A stretch of DNA of 64,000 nt from NCBI RefSeq assembly GCF_009914755.1, contig NC_060925.1; one strand, written 5' to 3'. Source of the stretch: the human T2T-CHM13v2.0 reference genome, Homo sapiens. A program made the translations under genes and the position numbers. Below the pieces are notes generated by a model. The model was not told the DNA's origin and did not search any database. It saw only the letters and a list, made by a program, of their open reading frames with translations. This document shows, one piece after another, positions 1 to 12,113 of this stretch (within the stretch, counting starts at the first letter, position 1; each line of letters begins with the position of its first letter).

Positions 1-379
1 GACTCTGAGAGACTTTGTAAACATCAATGGATTGTTGGTTCCAGTGGGGTCAAAGAACTGTTGGGCCAAAGTTCTACAGGAAGTGAGCTGGTAAGATAGG
101 AGCTGGGTTGCCAGAGAGTGCAATACTTGAAATTAAATCATGCAGAAGACAACAGTTTTGTGATGTGGCAATTTGGCCCAGCTGAACTTTTTTTTTTTTT
201 TTTCCCCCAGAATTCCTTCCCTGCCTGTTTCTATTTAGGGAGGGTGGTTGTGAAGTAGCAGCCATTTTGTTTTTATGCTCAAAATGTTGGGCAGGATACT
301 TTTGTAGCTCACATATGTTGTTGCTTCTCTGCTGGCTCATTTGATGGCTATGGGGCAGCAGCTCAGCCTGCCACCACCT

Positions 380-744
380 CTAGATGTTTCTTCAGCTTCT
401 CCAACTCCAAGGCTGGGTGAGTGTTTGCTCCCTAATGAGGTACACTAACTTTTTCTGCAGGATGCCCATGTTATCAAGGTTGGAGGCAGTGAGAGACTGG
501 TTGGGTTCCAGTCTATCCTCACAGGTTTCCAGTTGTCCTTACTTTTCTCTACTTTATTTCCAGCCTCCCTTTTTAACTATATGCTTTGTGGACTTCAGGC
601 TGCAGCATCTGACTTGAAGACAAAAAAGCCTTACAGAGAATGAGTAGCCGGCTCTCTCAAGTCTGTATGGTTCAATCCCTGTTAATCTATCATCTAATCT
701 GGCTAATCTTTAGTGCTTCTGTTTCTCTGAATCTTAACTGACAT
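380..744 (+). mobile_element. Ancient ERVL-type LTR fragment (family uncertain)
   Basis: 3' end 'gcttctgtttctctgaatcttaactgacata' resembles ERVL LTR termini; highly diverged. Confidence 0.35.
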
Positions 745-759
745 AGAGGGGATACTGTC

Positions 760-960
760 TTAGTTATAGGTATTGATAACAAACTCCAGGATATAAAGAT
801 GTAAATGAGGGGATGGGGAAGAGTAAACAACAGGCTTATTGGAAGACAGGAGGTCAAGCAAGTGAAATGCAAACGTATTGCAAGGATTGTCTTTGTGGAC
901 ATTGAACTCACCAAAAATTAGGACCAAAATAGTGTTGGAAAGAATAATACTGAACCCAGA
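760..960 (-). mobile_element. L2 LINE ORF2 endonuclease-domain remnant
   Basis: ORF 760..1125(-) contains LIFGEFNVHKDNPCNTFAFHLLDLLSS...PHLHLYILEFVI, matching the L2/CR1-clade APE motif GDFN(I/V)H.D...FLDLLSS...TH..GHTLDLVI. Confidence 0.75.
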
Positions 961-1489
961 AGCTAAAATCCTCAAAAACTTTGGAGTCCCCATTGAGAGG
1001 CTCTGGATATAACAGCTACAAGGAGGTGGAATCGGTGGTAGTGTCTGATGGCACAAGCTTTTAAGGGAGGGTTTACAGAGGAAGTTGTATGGGTGTGCAG
1101 TATGGCAATGGTGTAGACTAGACACAAATTAGTATTAAGGAGGAAAGTTACTAGGGCACGTGGTTCCAGGTGTGTGGAAGAGTAAACACGTTGCTAAGTC
1201 CTGCAGCTCCTTTTATGCAAAGTCACTTTCCTCTTTTAGCAGGCCCAGCGCTTTTCTGACCAGGTACTATTGTGACTTGACTTTAATTATTGGTCTGGTG
1301 GTCAGGAGAATAATTTTAGATCATCTCCAAGGGTGAAGTGAATCTAGTTAATGGAGAAAGGTATGTGGTGATGAATATCAGGTGCAGCCTCAAGACCAGC
1401 TGCATCTAATGACAGGTATGCAGGCCTCTTGCTTCAAGGTAGGGGGATCTCTACAGGCCTATTACAGCCTCTTGGGTCCCTATTGTGTT

Positions 1490-1632
1490 GGCTCCAGATC
1501 CTGTTGCCATTGTATCTCAGTTCTCCCGCTGCACTCCCCTGTGTTTCCCAGTTCCTTACTGGAGCTGATCCTGAGAGCACTCCCTAGTAAACCTTCTGCT
1601 CAGTCTTGAAGTCTATTTCCTAGGGAAACTGG
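1490..1632 (+). mobile_element. LTR16-like (ERVL) LTR 3' fragment
   Basis: 'gagagcactccctagtaaaccttctgc...agtctatttcctagggaa' resembles the LTR16 3' end. Confidence 0.5.
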
Positions 1633-1639
1633 CCAATTC

Positions 1640-1838
1640 TCTTCTTTTTGAAATATGCCCCTCTCTCTGCTTCTAGGACACCACATTCTCTTGGATCTTA
1701 CCCTGACTCACTAGCACCTCTTTCTCATTTTTCTGGGTTTTTCTTATCTCCCAGGTATGTAAATATTGGCTTTTTTTTTCTTTATAGTCACTTTGAAGTG
1801 ATATCATCCCGACTCATGGTTTTAAATACTATATATAA
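1640..1838 (+). mobile_element. L2 LINE RT-region fragment
   Basis: 'gcttctaggacaccacattctcttgg...atcatcccgactcatggttttaaatac' matches L2 consensus. Confidence 0.65.
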
Positions 1839-1979
1839 AAATGGACTGAATGAACCTGGGTCACTATATTAAGGAGGAGCCCACTTTTGAGGTTAATCAT
1901 CATGAATTTGAAAGGAGACTAGTTGGCAAGATTGACATTTTTTTCCATGGTCATATTCAGCTGTCTCATCATAAATAGG

Positions 1980-2108
1980 CATTTATTCATTCAAAAAATG
2001 TTTGTTCAGTTTCTTCCTTGCATCAGGCATTTTTTTTTTCTTAGAGGAAACAGTAGAGAACAAAATAGACCAAAACCCTTGTCCTTGTGGGGTTTATATT
2101 CTGGTAGA
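1980..2108 (-). mobile_element. L2 3' end
   Basis: 'atttattcattcaaaaaatgtttg...gaacaaaatagacc...ccttgtccttgtggggtttatattctggt' is the antisense L2 tail. Confidence 0.65.
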
Positions 2109-2134
2109 CATGATCCATTCAGTGGTCCATATTG

Positions 2135-2290
2135 GCCAGTGGGTAACCCACAAAAATTATTTGAGCTTTAATGTCCTAAACTGCTTATTGGAGAAAATAA
2201 CATCCATCTTGCAGGTATGCTGTATGTTTAAATGAGAAAATATGTAAAATGCTTAGAATCTTATATGCAGTGGGAATTCAACAAATAGCA
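2135..2290 (+). mobile_element. MIR SINE fragment
   Basis: MIR core/tail 'aaatgagaaaatatgtaaaatgcttagaa'. Confidence 0.5.
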
Positions 2291-2815
2291 GTCTATTTTT
2301 AGATCTTAGTTCATATATACATTTTTTTGTTACAGCCTTAGACTTAGTTGTTTCTTAAGACTGACTGGGATTTCAAATGTACTTTAATCCAAGATATTTG
2401 TCTCACAACATTAAAAGAGTTCATTCTATTGATAAATATTTAATGAGTTTCTACTTTGTGTGGGGCACACAGTAACACAATGCAGCTTTTTATTCTCTTT
2501 CCCTTGCAGGTGAAATGATGAGTTAATATGCTTTGTACCCTAGAGCATGTTAAAAGAACACTATTCTCAACATTTGATGATCCTCTGCCCTGTCATTGGT
2601 CTTGAACAGCCAGTTATGTTGAAAGATGGCTTTCTCCATGAACTCCCCAAAGTTTTCACAATTTGTATCTCAGCTTTCAGCTGGCTACAATCCTCCCACC
2701 AGAATCTAGGTTCTTAAAATTTAGTTTATCCCTTTCCTCTTTAGAATTTTTAAAAACACACCCATAGACAATTTTACCATGGTTTCAAATTTCTAGTGGT
2801 ATCTTAAACACTAAC

Positions 2816-3584
2816 CAGTATTTTGTAGCTCTCTGCTTTTAGCCTAATCTTCTCTTCCATCTTTGCTTCTGCTTCCTCAACCTGGCTTCCTTCTGGTGAA
2901 TAATTCTTCACAGGTTCTCAGTTCCTCAGTTATCTTTTATTCAGTAGGATCCCTCCATTTGTTCCTTGGTTCTTGTGCTTTTCCTTCCTGCCTCTTCTTC
3001 CATGCCTCACCAGTGTGGTGTCTCACCCACTGTCTACACTTCCATTCTTTTACCCTTTCTACTGGAATTGTTTCCCAAGTCCGCTTTCCAGCCAGCTTCC
3101 CGTCTACTGCTCTTTCACTGTCTAGCTTATTCTTGCTCATATTTCACATTATATTCTCCCTGTCCTCCTCCCCATCTTTTCTCTTTCCTCCTTCCATCTT
3201 CCTGCCTTTCCTCTCTGATGCTCTTTTAACTACTGTTTTTAATCAGGGCTACTTTATTTCAGAGGGTTAGAGAAGTATAATGAGACATGGACAAGAAGGA
3301 GCCTCGGGTCTTTATGCTTCAAAGCTTTATTCATTTATTTGTCTTTTTCCTTTGGATGCAAAGATTGTTTCTACTGTTATTTCTCATGGGTGTCAGTATC
3401 CAACTTCTATTCCCTTTGCTGTGTGGAAAAAATTTTATCTAAGATTCAAAGACAGTCTTATTGCTAGAGAAAAATGTAATTTCTCCCGAAGATCTTGCTG
3501 CATTTTCAATGATTTTTCTGGAATATTCTTTATATACTATATCCCCTTTTACTTTTTTTTTCCTGTCCTGACCCAAACTATAAT
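2816..3584 (-). pseudogene. Candidate large degenerate exon (E/K/R-rich)
   Basis: Purine-rich minus strand; tattcag| acceptor, ctg|gttagt donor; reads e.g. LKTVVKRASERKGRKMEGGKRKDGEEDRENIM*NMSKNKLDSERAVDGKLAG...; multiple stops. Confidence 0.4.
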
Positions 3585-3836
3585 CTGAATACTGACAACA
3601 TCCTTAAACTATAGTTCAGGATTTTTCCATATTTATTAACTTTCAAGTTTGAAAACAGTATGAACAGGTTTGGACCTAATTGCTTCTGTGTGTTAGTCTT
3701 TAGGCTTTGTATTAGACTACATAATCCATGAGGCTAATGTCTCAGACATTTTGCTTTTTGTGATGTTATTTCATGTTGAATTTATAATTTATAGATGGCA
3801 GTGTAAGCTTTTTACATAGAATATGGGGTTAAGGTG

Positions 3837-4198
3837 TGATAGGGTTTGGCTGTGTCCCCACTCAATTATCATCTTGAATTGTAGCTCCCATAATTCCCAC
3901 GTGTTGTGGGAGGGACGTGGTGGGAGATAACTGAATCATGGGGGCGGTTTTCCCCATACTGTTCTCATGGTAGTGAATAAGTCTCACGAGACCTGATGGT
4001 TTTGTAGGGGGGAATCCCTTTCACTTGGTTCTCATTTCTCTTTTGTCTGCTGCCATGTAACACATGACTTTTGCCTTCCACCATGATTGTGAGGCCTCCC
4101 TAGCCACACTGAACTGTGAGTCTGTTGAACCACTTTTTCATTATAAATTACCCAGTCTCGGTATGTCTTTATCAGCAGCGTGAAAATAGACTAATACA
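3837..4198 (+). mobile_element. THE1 (MaLR) solo LTR, THE1C/D-like
   Basis: tgatagggtttggctgtgtcccc...gactaataca; 5-bp TSD aggtg/gggtg. Confidence 0.93.
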
Positions 4199-4961
4199 GG
4201 GTGGAAGCCCAGAAGGAGCTAAACTAGTTATTTTTTCTCTTGCTTTCTGCTTCTTTACTGTCTGAGATCTGGTTCCACTTTTTTCTTCCAGGAGATAAAG
4301 AAAAAAAATAAAAAGAAAAGGAAGAAAGAGGGGAAGTAGAAAGATGATGGGCAGGCAGCTGTAGGAGTTTTTCAAGTGCTCAAATGAAGGGAATAAATGG
4401 AAAGATTATCAATAGCTATTCCAAATTTTTCTTTCCAATGGGCTACCTCAATCCCTTAGAGGTTTTAGTGCTGACCACTTGTCTTTTAAGGGTTTGTTGG
4501 CCCCCAGACCTGCTTCTTTCATGGGGCCAACATGAATTGGTTTCTATTCAACTGAGATTAGAGACTAAAATTTAGAGCTTTATTTACAAGCTACATAGAT
4601 GAAAAATAGACTTTAAAATGTGTGGTTGTCTAATCATTTAGTCAGATAGCTAATTGGAAACAGCTGTGATAGCTCCAAGGCAGATGTATACCTTCCTTAT
4701 AAAAGTCAGGTGAGACCTACATGATAGGGTACCTGAAAGGTAGGTTTACAATACAGAAGAGGGAAGGGCTGTGTGCAAACATATTTTTTGTAAGAATTGT
4801 ATCAATTTATGAGAGATGACAGGAGATTGATTTTTTAAGAGGTAAATTTCAGCTGCAGAATTTAAATCTGAAACTTTGACTATCCAGTAACAGACTGAGC
4901 CAGCATTTAACAAAGCAATGAAGCAGGGAGGATCTTAAAGTCTTTAGCTTTAGTTTGGGAT

Positions 4962-5046
4962 GGGGGTTGGTACACTTTTTCTGTAAATGGCCAGATAGTA
5001 AATATTTTAGGCTTTTCAGTACACATGGTCTATGTAGTAACTACTT
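4962..5046 (-). mobile_element. MER58A (hAT-Charlie MITE) fragment
   Basis: 'actttttctgtaaatggccagatagtaaatattttaggcttt' matches MER58A end. Confidence 0.75.
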
Positions 5047-6202
5047 GTGTAAAATGAATATTAGTACACATATGCCTTGGGATGCAGGAAATTTCAGATG
5101 ATATCGTTAGCATTTTGGTGGGAGCAAATAAAGGTAAAGGCAAAGTGCTTGGTTTACAAACTTGAAAAGCTTCCTTAGGGTATTCCTTTATACAACTTAA
5201 ATGTGTTGGAAACCATGTAAATGAACAGGATGCTCTCTTCAAATTTAGGACTTCCTTGGAAAAGCCATATGGAATAGTGTGTTTCAAAAAACTGACTTGT
5301 TTTTTTTCTCTTGCCCATTAGAATATCCCACTGTAATATGCTGCATTACTTTAATAAGGGTCAAATCAGAAGTCGATTGTATTCTTGTTTCATTTTTGCA
5401 CAGAACAATTTTGGATAGTAGGATTAATTCTGGTTTTCTGTGGTGTTTGGCTGTTTACTGGGGGAATTTGTTGATAATGTTTTAAAAGTATACGTTAGTG
5501 TTTAACTCTCATTCATACCAGTGATGTGTTTGGAAATAATAATGTGATTCACTTACTGTTACCCTTAGAATTCTAATCAAACTTATTTTAATACCATATG
5601 GAGAGTCATGGGTTGCAGATTGTAATATAATCAAGGGAAAACAAGATTTTTAATAATCCAATTGCATTTGTCAACGGCTCAACTTATTGGTGCAGAACAG
5701 TGCACAGGACTGTAATAAGTGGTACTATTTGGTAAGGGGAAGAAGAAGCTAAAAGCAATGTTTCCTATGACATATCAAAAGGTATTTTTAAACATTATAT
5801 CTATGACTACTTATCTATATAAATTCTTACTCTATGTAATATTTTACTGGAAAGAAAGTTAATGTGGTATAATAAAGTTTAGTATTTAATAAAGTAATGT
5901 AATTAAAGTAATATAATAAAATTTAGTATTTGTTAAAGTAGTTATCTTAATGGAAACCACTTATAGAAAATAACTATAGTAGGCATTTTGATCCCAATGT
6001 TATAAAGTGACTTATCCAAAATATGTAAGATTGCATTAAACTTTTGTAAGTGGTCCCCAAAATTTCAAGAAACAAATGTGTGAATTGAAGAGAAGTCACT
6101 GTATTTTTCTGGGGAAAACTTATATAATTCTTAGAAATGTCAATTTGACTGTATTGACAAAGCTTGCTTCTTTCCTCACATAGTTTATCTTATTGTGGAG
6201 CC

Positions 6203-6631
6203 TGTCAACTAGGAAGAGGTGAAGACTAGACTGCAATGCAGTAAGATAAGGCATTTCTTGGGGTCTTAGGAATTGCAATTTGAGGGACAGACTGAGCTAG
6301 AAACTAAACTGTGTTCTGAAGAGAGGTAGGATGGTACAGATTTGTAAAAGGATGCTGAAGGTAATCACAAGTTGTTTTGAAAGATATCACTGGTGACAGT
6401 GGTTGGTTTAGTACATGAGTCCACAGTTCATTGGTTGTCACTGTTTAGGAGTTGCAGCATTGGTGAAATTCGGCTGTTTTCCAGGATGTTGTGGTCATGG
6501 CGGTGTGACCCAGTTCAAATGTTAAAGACAAGTTCCTGTTTTGCAAGGTTTCAGGTCACGCAGGTAGTTCTTAGAATGGCTTCCTGACTGCATTTCAAGG
6601 CTCTAAACCACTTTGTATATCACATTTCACA
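6203..6631 (-). mobile_element. ERV1-class solo LTR (MER4-group; subfamily not assigned)
   Basis: TG...CA termini with exact 4-bp TSD agcc (6199-6202, 6632-6635). Confidence 0.8.
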
Positions 6632-7053
6632 AGCCTAATGATAACCTGAAAAAGAGAACCAGGTCTCTTTTTCTTAGCATAATAAAGACCAAGGGAGATC
6701 AATATTTATTAAATCATAAGCTCCAAGATATTATACTACACAGCACTACATAAGGGAAAAATGATGAATCAAGCATAATGGTTGTCGTAAAATAGGTACA
6801 AAAGGAAATAACAATATATGTTAAATAATGTAATTTACAGCTAAAGGCACAAGAGAAGAAATGTCTTTGGGCAATTGTAAATTATAATTAATAGTCAATT
6901 AAATTCTTCAGATAATTTCCTATTTAATTCTTGTGGATGGGCCACTCAGATTTGCAGCCCTAGTTGTGAGAACCTTCCTAAATCTTTGCCCCATTTGAGG
7001 TATGAGAAGGTAAGATTAGTATTTTCCCATTTATGGAGTTAACTAAATAATCA

Positions 7054-7640
7054 CATAGAAACAGAATAGAATGGTGTTTAGCAATGGCTGGGGAAAGGAG
7101 GAAATCGGGAGTTGTTCAATAGATATAAATTTTTAGTTATACCAGATGAATAAGTTCTAGAGATGTGCTGTATATCACAGTGCCTATAGTTAACAATATT
7201 GTTCACTTAAAATTTTTAAGAGGGTTGATCTCATGTTATTTTTAGCACAAAAACCCTCCAAACAAAAACAACAAAAAACAAGGGCATTTAGAAATGTTTG
7301 GAAGTGATGAATGTTTATTATCTTGATTGTGGTGATGGTTTCATGGGTGGGTACATATGTGAAGTTGTATCAAGTTGTATACATTAAGCAGGTGCAATAT
7401 TTTGTACATCAACGACAAAATATATTCATTCTTGCCATAGGCTGCAAGGAGTGGGGGAGATAGGAGATGGAAGAGATTGCTAATGGGTACAGGGTTTCTT
7501 TTTTGCATGATGAAAATGGTCTAAAATTGATTGTGGTGATGGTTGTCCAACTCTGTAAATATACTAAAAACCATTTAACTGTATACCTTAAATGAGTGAA
7601 TTTTATGGGATGTAAATTGTTAATAAAGCCATTTAAAAAA
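7054..7640 (+). mobile_element. Two old L1 3' ends (L1MC-like then L1MB/ME-like)
   Basis: 'gatgaataagttctagagat', 'cttgattgtggtgatggtttc', 'aatgggtacagggtttc...aataaagccatttaaaaaa'. Confidence 0.8.
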
Positions 7641-7764
7641 GTAGATTTCTGTGTATTCTGCTGTGTGGCTGAATGAAGCTTCTGTTCTTTGTGATAGATG
7701 ACAAAAGCCAGCCATAAAGACTGGTTTCAATCATTTAGAATTTTCATGTTATTGTTTTGATATC

Positions 7765-8150
7765 TAGGAATTGTGGGGGAAATCTGCTATCTTTGCCTGT
7801 TTGGTAGCAGGACCTGATTTCTCTCTGGAAGATTATAACCTTGCTGGGTCTTGGTCCATGTGGTTTGGATAGCACAGGGCCACCTCCAACTCCTGGCCTG
7901 GCTAAATCAGAGTCCTCCGTGGATATTTACTGAATGTGTCAGGAAAAGGTGTCCTCCCTCTACTGAGGCTGCTGAACTGGTAATCTGTGGAGCTTGAAGT
8001 TGTCATTAACATCTTTCTCACCTTGTTGGGAAAGCCCAGTTGAAGTATAATAAGCACATAGAAGAGGGGAGAGATAAGCTGTCTCTGTGGCATATGGAGC
8101 CCCTTGATCTACCACTCCTGGGCTTACTAAATACAGAAGTCATACATTAT
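7765..8150 (+). mobile_element. Old MaLR LTR (MLT1K/L-like)
   Basis: Diverged similarity ('ggcctggctaaatcagagtcc', 'gagccccttgatc'). Confidence 0.4.
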
Positions 8151-8486
8151 TTTTTAAAGAAATAATCTGGTCCTCAGGCAAAGGGTTTCCATCACTTGTA
8201 ATTTATTTCCTCATCTTAGAGCTCTTTCTTTAAAAATTTAAGGTAGAAATTCTCGTAATCTGAGTTTTTATTTGATGCTCTATAGGAAATAGTAATGATC
8301 TTAAATGCTAGATCTCAAGTCTCAGTTCAATCTGAAACTTTAGTTAACATGTCTAGTATGTTCAACTTTTTAAAAGTTTATATATGGAGTAATTGTGAAT
8401 CTGTGTCTCATACTTCCTACTCAGAAATGTCAGTTTTGTTCACAATACCACACATTATAATGCAATCCAAACTGTGTTATTCTGGT

Positions 8487-9111
8487 TGATTAAAAACAAA
8501 CTTAAGCACATTAAAATTTTGAAGCACTTATTTGAGCATTCAGTGACTCCTGAATTGGGGTGGCATCAATCTGCAAGCAGCTCTGTTGGGAGGGGTAAAA
8601 TGGGCAACTTTTATACAGTATTCTCCCTTTATTCACGGGGAATAAATTCCGAGACACCCAATGGATGTCTGAAACCAAGGGTAGTAACAAACCTTATGAT
8701 ATACACCATGTTTTTTAATGGATACATACTTATAATGTTTAATAAATTAGTCACAGTAAGAGATTAATAACTAAAATAGAACAATCATGACCATATACTA
8801 TAAAACCAGTTTTATAAATATGGTCTCTCTCAAAATATTAATATTTTCAGACCACAGTTCACTGAAGGTAACAAACCACGAAAAGCAAAACTGGATAAGA
8901 GGGGGCTACTGTAAAGAGGTTGCAGAAGCAAGGCAAAGAACAGTGTTGATTGGTTAGAGTGGAAAGTTCCTGGTTAGAGGTTAGTTGATTTCTGACTCGT
9001 ACAATTTCTTTAATTTGCTGTTTACCTTGGGCTTTGTTTTGTTCACATAGGAATTTAAAGTGCTAGAGCCACCCGGGTCTAATGGCTACCCAGTTAGAAT
9101 TTTTTTAAACA
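8487..9111 (-). mobile_element. MER93-like ERV1 solo LTR, interrupted by MER44A
   Basis: Reverse complement begins tgtttaaaaaaattctaactgggtagccattagacc...ggctctagc; exact 4-bp TSD tggt (8483-8486, 9112-9115). Confidence 0.8.
8616..8911 (-). mobile_element. MER44A (Tigger7-derived MITE)
   Basis: TIRs cagtattctccctttattc / ggataagagggggctactg, TA TSD on both sides. Confidence 0.85.
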
Positions 9112-9829
9112 TGGTCAAAGGCATGTGAAGCTTATTCTGATAAGTTTATAATTCTAGTCATATATTTAAAATAACTTCTCTCTCACACCTCATTATATAC
9201 AAAGTATTGGGAAAAATATATGTATTTTAAGCTCTTAGCCTATTCCTATATTGTCTTATACTGCTACTAACACAGGCATGCTGACCCTCTGAAGGGATGT
9301 TTAATCAATCTAATGAAATTTTGCTTGAAAGGGACAATTTTTTAAGAAAATGCTTTAATGTCAAACACAAGAGTCGGGTATCTTAATATGTATCAGCAAT
9401 TGAACATTTTCTTTAGTAATACAAAGGAAAATAGAATGACTTTAAAATCTCTTTGTCCTTTGAACACTGAATTTAGGTTTGACCAAATGTTGTGTTTGTA
9501 CCATTGATTTATCTTTGAGTTTTCTCACTATGAATAAGAATTGTGACCTCGGAAATGCAAGTCTGCCATCCAGGCAGGTAGTAAGATAGAGCAGCAAGCC
9601 ATCCTGGTAGAGGGAGAAGGGCAGAGGACTTGAGGGTCAGGCATTTGATTTATCTCTAAGTGTAATTACCTGACTCCAGTTTATGGTGAGGAGAGGAGGG
9701 GGTAAAAGGAAACAAAGGGTGAAGGAAACGATGGAAGTAGTAATGCTCAGCGAACAGTTGACTATGCCACCTGAAGTGCTTATGAACCCGTTTTGGCTTT
9801 GGAAACTTTCTTCAGACATGGATGCTCAC

Positions 9830-10056
9830 CTGTAAGTCTCTCTGTGTGAAAGAGATGAAACATTGTGTGGTGGGGGTGGGGGTTCTAAATCCCTGTTCTA
9901 ACAAGGTCACCTCTGAAAGCTCCTTGGAGTTGGAGCAGCTTTCCGTTTGTCTTCTGGTGGGAGGGAGGACTTGTAGGGAGAGACATGTACAAGCACTCAC
10001 TCCTTTTGCAATGGAGGTGGGTACAATGTGTTTAATGTGTTCTAAGGGCTTCTTGC
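9830..10056 (-). pseudogene. Candidate exon (227 nt)
   Basis: aaacag| acceptor (weak tract), strong CAG|GTGAGC donor; open frame KKPLEHIKHIVPTSIAKG...FTQRDLQ. Confidence 0.4.
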
Positions 10057-10539
10057 CTGTTTAGATCATGAACTACAAATTAGTTGAGAATGAACCGAGT
10101 ACATTAAATATACATAATTATAACCTAGAATTATAAACTTATTAGAATAAGCTTCATATGCCTTGAGGAATGCGTTTAATAGGTAGTACTGTATTTAGGC
10201 ATGGCTATATTCACTTTATCCAAACAGACAACTTCTCTTAAGTTATTTCATTGTTTGCCTGGTAAAGTTACTGGAACTGTAGTGACCTTCAAATAATAGA
10301 ATAAGTTAATCTTAGATTTGTTGCTTATTTACCTGATAAGAGTAAAATAACTTTCTACATATTATACATATAAAATATTTTAGCTCCTACAATCAAATTA
10401 ACATATTCACTTCAGTTACCTTTTTTTTGTGATGAGAACTGCTCTCATATCTCATCACATTTAAAGTATAGGTTAACTACAGTCACCATGCTATACATTA
10501 GGCCTCCAGACCATATTAGTCTTTTTATATTAGTCAAAT

Positions 10540-11034
10540 TTTGTTTTTAATTTTTTTTTAACTTTTAAGTTCAGGGTTACAAGTGCAGGTTGTTACACAG
10601 ATAAACTTGTGTCATGGGGGTTTATTGTACAGATTATTTCATCACCCAGATATTAAGCCCAGTACCCATTAATGATTTTTTCCTGATGCTCTCCCTCTGA
10701 AAGGCCCCAGTGTGTGATTCCCCTCTGTGCACGTGTGTTCTCGTCATTTAGCTCCCACTTAGGAGTGAGAACATGCGGTATTTTTTTTCCTGTATTAGTT
10801 TGCTAAGAATAGTGGCCTCCAGCTCCATCCGTATCCCTGTAAAGGACTTAATCTTTTCCTTTTTCATGGTTGCATGATATACCCTGGTATATCTGTACCA
10901 CATTTTCTTTAGCCCATCCAGAAATATTTGACCTAGCAATCCCATTACTGGGTAAGTACCCAAAGTAATATAAATCATTCTATTTTAAAGACACATGCAC
11001 ATGTATGTTCATCGCAGCAGTATTCACACTAGCA
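10540..11034 (-). mobile_element. Short L1PA 3' fragment with 5' inversion (10921-11034 on +)
   Basis: Antisense L1PA 3' end then sense 'gacctagcaatcccattactggg...tattcacactagca'. Confidence 0.85.
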
Positions 11035-11185
11035 TGGTCTTATAACTACAAGTTTGTATTCTTTGACCAACATCTCCCTCCCTGACCTTCTATGCTATAT
11101 CTATGAGTTCAACTTTTTAAGAATTCACATATAAATGAATCATGCAATATGTCTTTCTGTGTTTGGCTTATGTCACTTTGCATAA

Positions 11186-11535
<350 letters not shown>

Positions 11536-11644
11536 GAAAATTGTTTGCTTTTTAAAGGTTGAATAATTTGTGTATACACAAAATATACGTATCCTATTTT
11601 GTGTATGTATATATGAGAGACATATATCATAGACTTACATGTGG

Positions 11645-11757
11645 AAGATATGGAAACAACCCAAGTATCCATCAACGAATGCATAGGCAAATTGTGTATA
11701 CACACCACAATTTATCCATGCATTCACTGATGGATACTTGGGTTGATTCCATATCTT
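11645..11757. repeat. Inverted repeat (~52-bp arms) of L1 sequence
   Basis: aagatatggaaacaacccaagtatccatcaacgaatgcataggcaaattgtg vs reverse complement of cacaatttatccatgcattcactgatggatacttgggttgattccatatctt. Confidence 0.92.
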
Positions 11758-11842
11758 GGCTGTTGCAAATAGTGCTGTAATGAATGTGCTGTAATGAATG
11801 TGAATTATCTTTGAGATAGTGATTTTATTTCTTTTATGTATA

Positions 11843-12113
11843 TGATGCACATATGATGGTCCCATAAAATCATACCACATGTTTATGGTACCTTCTCTAT
11901 GTTTAAATATGTTTAGATACACAAACGCTTACCATTATGTTGTGATTGCCTACAGTATTTTTTACAGTAACATGCTATTCAGGTCTGCAGCCTAGGTGTG
12001 TAGTAGCCTATAGAATCTAGGTTTGTGTAAGCATACTCAATGACATTCATGTGACAAAATTGTCTAAGGAAGCACATCTCAATGTATTTCTGTTGTTAAG
12101 TCATGCGTGATTA
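11843..12113 (+). mobile_element. Tigger3a/MER7-type DNA transposon (partial)
   Basis: 'ggtcccataa', 'ttgcctacagtatt...cagtaacatgct', 'ctaggtttgtgtaag', end 'gttaagtcatgcgtgatta'. Confidence 0.8.

Noticed and set aside
2863-3588. Hydrophobic plus-strand ORFs (135 aa, 102 aa) resembling membrane proteins
   Set aside because: They arise from pyrimidine skew and are better explained as the antisense shadow of purine-rich minus-strand sequence.
11772-11799. Short tandem duplications (14 bp here, 20 bp at 57821-57860, ~17 bp near 33027-33057)
   Set aside because: These are ordinary slippage events; there is no repeat-spacer (CRISPR-like) structure anywhere in the window.
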